Shown here piece after piece: positions 35,391-42,879 of a DNA stretch of 64,000 nucleotides. Under the pieces are notes generated by a model. The model saw only the letters and a list, made by a program, of their open reading frames with translations. It searched no databases and had not been told where the DNA came from. The stretch is from Cyclobacteriaceae bacterium (GTDB lineage: Bacteria > Bacteroidota > Bacteroidia > Cytophagales > Cyclobacteriaceae). Position 1 is the first letter of the stretch, and every line of letters starts with the position of its first letter. A program made the translations under genes and the position numbers. The stretch covers positions 35,481 through 99,480 of the forward strand of contig JBGAPO010000005.1 of assembly GCA_044221195.1 (NCBI GenBank), written 5' to 3'.

Positions 35391-36215
35391 CTAGTACGGT
35401 GATTTGACTTCTTTGAATCCAGCCGGAATGGCGAAGTCGGACTCGGAAAGTTTCTCCCGCTTAATCTCTTTTACCTCCATCACCATCTTCCCTTGCGGCA
35501 TCGTGGCTTCAATCTTGAGCGGTACGCCTTCAATTTTATCCGAGAACATCGGTTGCCCCTGGCTGTTGCGCTGGCGGGCGAGTGTCTTCATGTCGATGTC
35601 CTTGATATCGGTTGTTGCCCAGATGTTCTGCGTCATCGTGCGGCCGCCCTGGCTCATTTCTACCACATACTTGGTGCAGTTATAACCCATGACGGTTGCC
35701 GTCTCTGAGGTCTTGGTGACGGTGGGCGGAGACATGTTGCCGGGCTGTCCACCGGGAGGGCCATCCGGGATTGGGGAGTAGGTCTGGTCCTTGCGGTTTA
35801 TCCGAACGGCAGGTTTGCCAGCCGGATGCAGCACTTCCATTCCATCGGTCATCCCTCCTTCCATCAGGGTCAGCATACTTCCTCCCTTCATTTTCATGCT
35901 CATGCCTTTAGGCATCATGCTGTTCATACCGCCTCCCCCGCCCATGGACTTCATCGCGTTTTCCATGGCTGCTTTCATTTGCGGATTTTGCTCCATCATT
36001 TTCTTCATCTGCGGGTCGTTCATCTTGGCCTGCATCTCCTTCATCTGTTCCTGCGTCTTCGGATCGGCCATCTGCTTTTCGGCCTGGGCCATTTGGGCTT
36101 TCGTTTCCGGGTCAGTGATATCCATGGTCATCGACCAACGGATGGTTCCTTCAAATGTCTGCGCCCTCAGGCCTGCGGGGGCGATGAGGACCAATAGCAT
36201 CAGTATTCTTTTCAT
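35391..36215 (-). CDS. secreted Met-rich protein (DUF4412-like)
   Basis: ORF trimmed to MKRILMLLVLIAPAGLRAQ. There is a long Met/Lys/Gln-rich segment (QMAQAEKQMADPKTQEQMKEMQAKMNDPQMKKMMEQNPQMKAAMENAMKSMGGGGGMNSMMPKGMSMKMKGG), followed by a beta-rich C-terminal domain. Confidence 0.6.
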   Translation of the reverse strand: MKRILMLLVLIAPAGLRAQTFEGTIRWSMTMDITDPETKAQMAQAEKQMADPKTQEQMKEMQAKMNDPQMKKMMEQNPQMKAAMENAMKSMGGGGGMNSMMPKGMSMKMKGGSMLTLMEGGMTDGMEVLHPAGKPAVRINRKDQTYSPIPDGPPGGQPGNMSPPTVTKTSETATVMGYNCTKYVVEMSQGGRTMTQNIWATTDIKDIDMKTLARQRNSQGQPMFSDKIEGVPLKIEATMPQGKMVMEVKEIKREKLSESDFAIPAGFKEVKSPY

Positions 36216-36396
36216 TGGGGTGCGAGCCGGGGGGTTGAAAGAATCCGGCTTCGAATAATCAAATATCTCCAATTTGACCGACCGGAGCAAGATTAGGCGG
36301 CCGTCTGTCTTTTCTCACTTTCAAATGTCAGCGGTTTTCTTATCTTCATTTCATCAAGTTCAATCACTTTTAATTCACTTCTAATTCACCACTGCC

Positions 36397-38529
36397 ATGA
36401 AGATATACGACGAAAAACACATCAAAAATATCGCCCTGCTGGGAGCTCCTAAATCGGGAAAGACCCTCCTGGCGGAGGATATGCTGTTTGAAGCCGGCAT
36501 TATCCACCGCCGGGGAACCATCGAAGGCAAGAACACCGTCTCCGACTATCACGAAATCGAGCAAGAGCGCGGAAACTCCGTTTTCGCCACCAGCCTGCAC
36601 ACGGAGTGGAAAGATTACAAGATCAACATTATCGACACGCCGGGCTTCGACGACTTCGCCGGCGAAATGATCGCCTCCCTGCGTGTAGCTGACACCGCCG
36701 TGATGGTGATCAATGCCCAGTACGGCGTGGAAGTGGGTACGGAGTTGATCTGGAACTATGCCGAACAGTTCCGCAAGCCTGTCCTCTTCGCCGTCAACCA
36801 GGTCGACCATCCCAAATCAGATTTTGAGCATACACTGGCTTCGCTGAAAGAACGGTTCGGAAGCGCCGTCACACAAATGCAGTACCCCGTCAGCCAGGGT
36901 GACTCGTTCGACGCCATCATCGACCTGCTGAAGATGGTGATGTACAAATTCCCGGCCGGCGGCGGTAAGCCGGAAAAACTGCCCATCCCGGATTCCGAAA
37001 AGGAAAAAGCCAGCGCGCTGCACAATGCCCTGGTCGAAAAGGCCGCGGAGAATGACGAGAAGCTGATGGAGAAGTACTTTGCCGCCGGCACGCTCGATGA
37101 AGATGAAATGCGCGAAGGCCTTAAGCTCGGCATGATCCACCACGATGTCTTCCCCGTCTTCTGCATGAGCGCCAAGAAGAATATGGGCAGCGGCCGCATG
37201 ATGGGGTTCATCGACAACGTGGCCCCCAGCCCGCGCGAATCTCAACCCGAACGGACAGCGGAAGGCAAAGAAATCGGCTTTGACCCCAACGGCCCCACCG
37301 TGCTGTTCGTGTTCAAGTCGCATATCGAGCCCAACCTCGGCAAGCTCTCCTTCTTCAAGGTGATCTCCGGCACGGTAACGGCAGCCACGGAACTCATCAA
37401 CACGCAAACCGGCACGGCGGAGCGGTTCAACCAACTGTTCATCATGGACGGCAAGCAACGGCAGCCCGTGGAGAAACTGGTCGCCGGGGACATCGGCGCC
37501 ACGCTGAAGCTGAAGAACACGTTCACCAACCAGACCTTGGCGGAAAAAGGAAAAGAAATCACCATAGAACCCATCCGGTTTCCCGAGCCCCGCATTCGGA
37601 CGGCTGTCGTGGCCAAGAGCAAGAACGACGACGAGAAGATCGGCGAAGTGCTCAGCAAAATCCACCAGGAAGATCCGACGCTTGATGTGGCGTATTCCCG
37701 TGAACTGAAGCAGCTGATTATTTCCGGCCAGGGCGAGCTCCACCTCATGATGTGCAAATGGTTCCTGGAAAAGATGTACAACCTGCACGTCGATTTCGTT
37801 ACCCCGCGCATTTCTTACCGGGAGACGATCCGCAAGTCCGCCACGGCCAGTTACCGCCACAAGAAGCAATCCGGCGGCGCCGGGCAGTTCGGCGAGGTGC
37901 ACCTCAAAGTGGAGCCGTACTATGAAGGCATGCCCGAACCCACCGACTACAGCGTGCGCGGCAAGGAATTTATCGACCTCGAATGGGGCGGCAAACTGGC
38001 GTTCTACAACTGCATCGTAGGCGGCGTGATCGACACCCGCTTCATCCCGTCCATCCTGAAGGGCGTGATGGCCAAGATGGAAGAAGGACCCATCACAGGA
38101 TCATATGTCCGCGATGTGCGCGTCTGCGTCTACGACGGCAAAATGCACCCTGTGGACTCCAATGATATCTCCTTCAAGATCGCCGGCATGATGGCCTTCA
38201 AGGATGCGTTTATGCAGGCGCAACCCCAGTTGCTGGAGCCGATCTGCGACCTCGAAGTGATCGTTCCCGAAGAGATGGTGGGCGATGTGATGGGCGACCT
38301 ACAGACCCGCCGCTCGCTGATCATGGGCATCGACACCAAAGGGCGCTACCAGGTGATCAAGGCCCGCACACCGTTGGCCGAACTCGACCGCTATTCCACC
38401 ACGCTCCGTTCCCTTTCCCAGGGCCGAGGCACCTTCACGCAAACCTTCGCTGAGTTCGTGGCCGTTCCCATGGACTTGCAGACGAAGCTGGCGAAGGAGA
38501 CGAAGGTGAGTGAGTTGGAACTGGCTTAG
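36397..38529 (+). CDS. elongation factor G paralog with atypical G-domain motifs
   Basis: 710 aa with five-domain EF-G architecture. G1 is GAPKSGKT, G2 region EQERGNSV, G3 DTPGFDDF and G4 NQVD. Domain IV/V-like segments are also present (SYRHKKQSGGAGQFGEV, EPI...LEVIVPEEMVGDVMGDL). Confidence 0.85.
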   Translation: MKIYDEKHIKNIALLGAPKSGKTLLAEDMLFEAGIIHRRGTIEGKNTVSDYHEIEQERGNSVFATSLHTEWKDYKINIIDTPGFDDFAGEMIASLRVADTAVMVINAQYGVEVGTELIWNYAEQFRKPVLFAVNQVDHPKSDFEHTLASLKERFGSAVTQMQYPVSQGDSFDAIIDLLKMVMYKFPAGGGKPEKLPIPDSEKEKASALHNALVEKAAENDEKLMEKYFAAGTLDEDEMREGLKLGMIHHDVFPVFCMSAKKNMGSGRMMGFIDNVAPSPRESQPERTAEGKEIGFDPNGPTVLFVFKSHIEPNLGKLSFFKVISGTVTAATELINTQTGTAERFNQLFIMDGKQRQPVEKLVAGDIGATLKLKNTFTNQTLAEKGKEITIEPIRFPEPRIRTAVVAKSKNDDEKIGEVLSKIHQEDPTLDVAYSRELKQLIISGQGELHLMMCKWFLEKMYNLHVDFVTPRISYRETIRKSATASYRHKKQSGGAGQFGEVHLKVEPYYEGMPEPTDYSVRGKEFIDLEWGGKLAFYNCIVGGVIDTRFIPSILKGVMAKMEEGPITGSYVRDVRVCVYDGKMHPVDSNDISFKIAGMMAFKDAFMQAQPQLLEPICDLEVIVPEEMVGDVMGDLQTRRSLIMGIDTKGRYQVIKARTPLAELDRYSTTLRSLSQGRGTFTQTFAEFVAVPMDLQTKLAKETKVSELELA

Positions 38530-38578
38530 TCGGCTTGCCCAGACGTAGCTTAGTGAAGTCGGGGTGGGCAGTGGTGTC

Positions 38579-38641
38579 GTGAACAGTGAACTGTGAACAG
38601 TAAACGGTGAACTGTGAACTGTGAACAGTAAACGGTGAACT
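38579..38641. repeat. 9 in-phase heptads GTGAACN/GTAAACG
   Basis: GTGAACA GTGAACT GTGAACA GTAAACG GTGAACT GTGAACT GTGAACA GTAAACG GTGAACT. Confidence 0.95.
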
Positions 38642-38707
38642 GGACCACATATGGCGCGCGTTTGTAAGGCGCGGGATAAATATACTCGGAGGCAGCACCT
38701 CAATTCC

Positions 38708-38916
38708 CTCGAAGCTTCTCGAACAACTTTGGGACCTCTCTCGAAAAAGCCTCGAAGCCCTCTCGAACCGGCCTAGAAGCCGTCTCAAAGAAACAGCTCG
38801 TTTTCTCGAAGCCGTCTCGAAGCGCGCTCGAACAACGATAGAATTTTCTCGGAGAAACGCGCATCTGGTCGAAGGAATGCCTTCATTTTCTCGGCCCATA
38901 TTGTTTTTTCTCGGAT
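38708..38916. repeat. about 15 CTCGAAG-like motifs phased at 10-11 nt (or multiples of that)
   Basis: Motif starts at 38708, 718, 740, 751, 762, 773, 784, (797), 805, 816, 827, 848, 868, 890 and 910. Spacings are 10, 22, 11, 11, 11, 11, 21, 11, 11, 21, 20, 22 and 20. Confidence 0.85.
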
Positions 38917-38976
38917 AGGGGCCCGACGGCCATGTCCTAAGTCGGTGGGTCAATGGGTTGGTGATCAAGTGTGGTC

Positions 38977-39028
38977 GTGAACCGTGAACGGTAAACTACG
39001 GTTTACAGTTCACTGTTTACCGTTCACA
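38977..39028. repeat. hairpin built from GTGAAC-family heptads (3 direct + 4 inverted units)
   Basis: GTGAACC GTGAACG GTAAACT, then ACG, then GTTTACA GTTCACT GTTTACC GTTCACA. GTGAACGGTAAAC (38984-96) is perfectly complementary to GTTTACCGTTCAC (39015-27). Confidence 0.9.
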
Positions 39029-39030
39029 AT

Positions 39031-39046
39031 CGGCACATCGGCACAT
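39031..39046. repeat. 2 CGGCACAT octads
   Basis: CGGCACATCGGCACAT. Shares the 15-mer GGCACATCGGCACAT with 41533-41547. Confidence 0.9.
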
Positions 39047-39147
39047 CCCCGTGGGGGTTCCGGGTGGTCTTGTGAAGTTTACACCCACGCTGGCAAAAAA
39101 GCACTTCCGGGCACAACCCCTGCATCCGCGAATCCATTACCTTGGAT

Positions 39148-39813
39148 ATGCCAGCGATGATTCTTTACCAACGATCTAACATCCCGTTCCCACTCCGTGT
39201 ATTGGGAATTCTGTTCCACCCGGGGCTCCTGTTGGTGCCGATGCTTGCTGCCGGTCTCATCTACCTGGCGTCAAGAGATAAGGCGCTGGGTCAAGGACTG
39301 TATGTGGGGGCAGGATTAGTGATTCTGTTTTATGTGATCACGGTTGGTTTGCTGATCCGGAACACGCGCTGCATCATCGTCGCCATGGAAACAATAAACG
39401 GCAGTCTGCTGGTGAAACTATCGGATGTGAACGGCTCGCGCGAGTTCCTGATTCCCGCCGAGCGCCTGGCGGTGAATCTGGTTATCCGCTCGCCAAGAAC
39501 CACCCGCCGAAGGGGAAGGTCGGGACGTCCCAAGACCTTATACTTGCTTACCGTCAAGGACCAGAACAATGCGGATGCCAATGCGACATTATCTTCCTCC
39601 GCTCAAGTTGTCGGTTACATCCTCCATGGCCTTGAATCGGAGAAATTTAAACTTGGAACGAAGGAACGGGAGTTTGCAGAGCAATACCGGCAGGACGCAG
39701 CCGTGGAAAATCTGCCGCTTTGGAAATGGATGAAATACGCCGTTTGGCTGATGGCTTTGATCAGCATTGGCGTTGCCGCATACCGGTGCGGCGGAGCAAT
39801 CACGATGCAATAA
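39148..39813 (+). CDS. hypothetical membrane protein (2 N-terminal TM helices, soluble middle, C-terminal TM)
   Basis: The track start 39142 is TTG; the first ATG is 39148. TM segments are LLLVPMLAAGLIYLA, GLYVGAGLVILFYVITVGLLI and AVWLMALISIGVAAY. The middle has an Arg-rich loop, RSPRTTRRRGRSGRPK. No known motif. Confidence 0.6.
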   Translation: MPAMILYQRSNIPFPLRVLGILFHPGLLLVPMLAAGLIYLASRDKALGQGLYVGAGLVILFYVITVGLLIRNTRCIIVAMETINGSLLVKLSDVNGSREFLIPAERLAVNLVIRSPRTTRRRGRSGRPKTLYLLTVKDQNNADANATLSSSAQVVGYILHGLESEKFKLGTKEREFAEQYRQDAAVENLPLWKWMKYAVWLMALISIGVAAYRCGGAITMQ

Positions 39814-39849
39814 AATGGCCGGGTGTTGCAGCATGGAAACTCGTTAGAT

Positions 39850-40614
39850 ATGAATAGCTCACTTACCAGGAAATTTAATGACGCGCCGTATGCGATGGCC
39901 GCTATTCGCTGTCTCCCTGCGTGGCTGCTGGTATACCTGGCGGTCACAAGCAGCCTCGCCCAGGAAGAGCCTGCGCCCCTTTGCAAGGCGACGCCGGGCA
40001 TTAAGTCGCTCGTCAACCCCAAGACGGTGTTGAACGACTTCTTTGTGCGGGACTACGAAGGGCAAGAGAGTTTTTGCACGTCGATGCTAAAATCGGGCGG
40101 GGCACAACCGGCCAACAAAGCCGACGATATGGCCCAGCGCAACTGGAGCTGCAAGTACGGCACGCCCAAACTATTCGATGGCAATCCTGCCACGGCATGG
40201 GCGGAGGGAGTTAAAGGCAACGGCGCCGGCGAGATGGTGTTGATCACGGGCGCCGTGGACCCTTCCCGAAAAGTGGAAATCTGGGCTGGACTTGGCTCGT
40301 CGGAGGCACTGTTCAAGGCCAACAGTCGACCGAAAAATATCCGCGTACATATTGTCAAGGGGGCGCCAACCGGTGCGGCGCAGACAGGTTACAATCACGA
40401 GAACGTGAGTTGGGTTGCCTCCACGGATGTGACGTTGAACGACCTGAACGGCTACCAGCCCCTGCCGCTACCCGGGTTCAAAAAGGAAATCTTCAAACGC
40501 GATCCAAACGAGTGGGAATACAGCTACTGGATACTAATCGAACTCGTGGATTTTTATCCGGGGAGCAAATATGAGGACACGTGCATTGCTGAGGTGAGAA
40601 ATGTGCCGAATTAG
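39850..40614 (+). CDS. secreted protein with discoidin/NADase-type glycan-binding-like domain
   Basis: The track start 39823 is GTG; ATGs lie at 39850 and 39895, so the start is uncertain. Signal-like segment AAIRCLPAWLLVYLAVTSSLAQ. DGNPATAWAEGVKGNGAGEMV...IWAG...NSRPKNIRV...YEDTCIAEV resembles the galactose-binding-like fold family. Confidence 0.55.
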   Translation: MNSSLTRKFNDAPYAMAAIRCLPAWLLVYLAVTSSLAQEEPAPLCKATPGIKSLVNPKTVLNDFFVRDYEGQESFCTSMLKSGGAQPANKADDMAQRNWSCKYGTPKLFDGNPATAWAEGVKGNGAGEMVLITGAVDPSRKVEIWAGLGSSEALFKANSRPKNIRVHIVKGAPTGAAQTGYNHENVSWVASTDVTLNDLNGYQPLPLPGFKKEIFKRDPNEWEYSYWILIELVDFYPGSKYEDTCIAEVRNVPN

Positions 40615-40731
40615 ACGGACACCTGTCCTTCAATTACGATAGGGACGAACCGCGAAGACGCTAAGGCGCAAAGGGGAAATAGCAAAGGGTCCCGCCCACC
40701 CCTCATCTCTCAAGCATTACGCAGCCAGTTT

Positions 40732-41343
40732 TTACCTAACCCTTAGTTGGACATTATTCGATTTAACAGCACCTTGAAATACACTCACTCCATTTAGCTT
40801 TGAAAATTCACTAAGCCTTTCAGTGTTTATTACATATTTCAGGTTTCGGCCAATATAGTATATGGAGTATATGCTATAGATTCCTTTCTTAAGCTCAGAC
40901 TTGTGCAGTAACACCTCAACCGTCCTTGAAGTAGAACTGCCAGGAGGCAGAATAAGTCTGGTTGACTCCATATCAACCTCCAATGACTTGTAGTATGCCT
41001 TTAAAGAATCTGTCAATGGCCTTAATGTCCATCCAAGTGAAGGCATCTTCATAAGATAAACTGACTTGCCGCCCCGCTCAAAGAATAATGCGGTTGCGCA
41101 GGTGATATCTCCCTCATAATACTTGGCCACTGGTTTAACGCCAGGCTCCATAACCCCAAACCCATAAAGTATTACACCTTGAGATCCCTCATTAGTTATT
41201 GTGAGGTTCAATTGGATCTTTGACGCGTCAGATTGAATTTCAGTTTTTGCACTTTCCAACTTCAATACTAATTCCTGAGCCTGAAGTACCGTAGAAGTAA
41301 CTGTCAGAATCAAAAGAACTAAGGAATTAAGTTGAATTGCCAC
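40732..41343 (-). CDS. hypothetical secreted protein encoded in an AT-rich segment
   Basis: 203 aa. Signal peptide MAIQLNSLVLLILTVTSTVLQAQ. No recognisable motifs. Local GC is much lower than in the flanks (hand counts in findings). Confidence 0.6.
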   Translation of the reverse strand: MAIQLNSLVLLILTVTSTVLQAQELVLKLESAKTEIQSDASKIQLNLTITNEGSQGVILYGFGVMEPGVKPVAKYYEGDITCATALFFERGGKSVYLMKMPSLGWTLRPLTDSLKAYYKSLEVDMESTRLILPPGSSTSRTVEVLLHKSELKKGIYSIYSIYYIGRNLKYVINTERLSEFSKLNGVSVFQGAVKSNNVQLRVR

Positions 41344-41468
41344 GACTGGTCCTCTTTTATAAAGACTTTCTTCTGTAGTAATCTAAATATTAAATCGTAA
41401 AGGGTGAAGTAATAACGGCCTGTATTCCTTCGTGCCCCTGCCCGACCGAACTCCGTCTTGAAAGCAAT

Positions 41469-41563
41469 CGGTACATTCACCGCAATTTCATTCGCACATC
41501 TGCACATCGACCCATTGGCACGTTGACACATTGGCACATCGGCACATTGGCCAATCGACTAAT
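41469..41563. repeat. about 12 octads, NNGCACAT family
   Basis: CGGTACAT ... TCGCACAT CTGCACAT CGACCCAT TGGCACGT TGACACAT TGGCACAT CGGCACAT TGGCCAAT CGACTAAT. The last unit abuts or overlaps the gmhB-like stop codon (41563-65). Confidence 0.9.
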
Positions 41564-42072
41564 CATCTAACCATCACGGTCGCCGCTTCCAGCAGGTTCC
41601 GGACAATGAATTCTCCCCGGTGTTCCGGCTCCACCTCATCCCCGATTTGAATGGTGCGGATGCCAAGGGTGCGGGCGGGGATCAGGTCCCGGCCGCGGTC
41701 GCCCACCATCCACGACTGGCGGGCGTCGATGTCAAATTTTGCAATCGCCTTTTCAAACATCAGTGTGCCCGGCTTGGTGAGGAGTGAGTTGTTGACGGAC
41801 CGGTGGTAGGGCGAAAAGTAGAAGTGGTCGATGAGCCCGTTGCATACCTGCTGGAGGTAGGCATGACATTCTTTCATCTGGTCGACGGTGTAGATGCCCT
41901 TGTCGATGCCGGATTGATTGGTTACCACGACGAGCAGGAAGTCCGCCTTCTTTAACAGCTGCAGCGCCTCGACAACGCCCGGAAGGATCTCGAAGTTCTC
42001 GATGGTATAGGTGTAGTTCGGATTGTCTTTGTTCAAGACGCCATCCCGGTCCAGGAAAACGCAACGGCTCAT
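41563..42072 (-). CDS. gmhB: HAD-IIIA phosphatase, D,D-heptose 1,7-bisphosphate phosphatase-like
   Basis: Only the last 169 codons of track ORF 41563..43308 are used (ATG 42072). MSRCVFLDRDGVLN carries the DxDGxxN motif, followed by VVTNQSG and MVGDRGRD. The upstream part of that ORF is antisense to the GT2 and lolE-like genes. Confidence 0.75.
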   Translation of the reverse strand: MSRCVFLDRDGVLNKDNPNYTYTIENFEILPGVVEALQLLKKADFLLVVVTNQSGIDKGIYTVDQMKECHAYLQQVCNGLIDHFYFSPYHRSVNNSLLTKPGTLMFEKAIAKFDIDARQSWMVGDRGRDLIPARTLGIRTIQIGDEVEPEHRGEFIVRNLLEAATVMVR

Positions 42073-42123
42073 GGACCCAAATATCAAGCCTTTTTTGCTA
42101 AGTTTGTCGTCCACCCCTTTCCC

Positions 42124-42879
42124 GTGACCCGCGCCCTCGTCATCACGCCCACGTACAACGAGATCGAAAACATCGAGGCGATCATCGAGGCCGTCTTTGC
42201 GCAGCCCACACCCTTCCACATGCTTATCGTCGACGACGGCTCGCCCGACGGCACTGGTGAGGTGGTGAAGAAACTCCAGGGAAAATTCAATACGTCGGAA
42301 CAGCGCCTGCACCTCATGGAGCGCAAAGGAAAGCTGGGCCTGGGCACCGCGTATATTGATGGGTTCCGGTATGGACTCAACCAGGGCTACGACTACTTCC
42401 TCGAGATGGACGCCGACTTCTCCCATGATCCCAAAGACCTCAGCCGTCTGCTGGCCGCCTGTGAAAAAGAGGGCGCCGATCTCTCGATTGGCTCGCGCTA
42501 CGTCACGGGAGTCAACGTGGTGAACTGGCCGATGGGCCGCGTGCTGATGTCGTTCTGCGCCAGCATGTACGTTCGTTTCATCACAGGCATGAACATCCAG
42601 GATACCACGGCGGGATTCGTCTGCTACCGCCGCGAGGTACTGGAAACGCTGGAACTCGACAAGATTCACTTTGTCGGTTACGCTTTTCAGATCGAGATGA
42701 AATTCACGGTATGGAAGTTCGGCTTCAAGCTCGCGGAGGTGCCGATCATCTTTACCGACCGCACGCGCGGGCAGTCGAAAATGTCGACGCGGATTTTCCG
42801 CGAAGCGTTTCTCGGCGTCATCCAGATGAAGGTATGGAGCTGGTTCCGCAACTACGCGCGGAAGCCGAAGACCAGCTAA
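42124..42879 (+). CDS. GT2 family polyprenol-phosphate mannosyl/glycosyltransferase (Dpm1/Ppm1-like)
   Basis: GTG start. Contains LVITPTYNEIENI, LIVDDGSPDGT and EMDADFSHDP. Confidence 0.8.
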   Translation: MTRALVITPTYNEIENIEAIIEAVFAQPTPFHMLIVDDGSPDGTGEVVKKLQGKFNTSEQRLHLMERKGKLGLGTAYIDGFRYGLNQGYDYFLEMDADFSHDPKDLSRLLAACEKEGADLSIGSRYVTGVNVVNWPMGRVLMSFCASMYVRFITGMNIQDTTAGFVCYRREVLETLELDKIHFVGYAFQIEMKFTVWKFGFKLAEVPIIFTDRTRGQSKMSTRIFREAFLGVIQMKVWSWFRNYARKPKTS

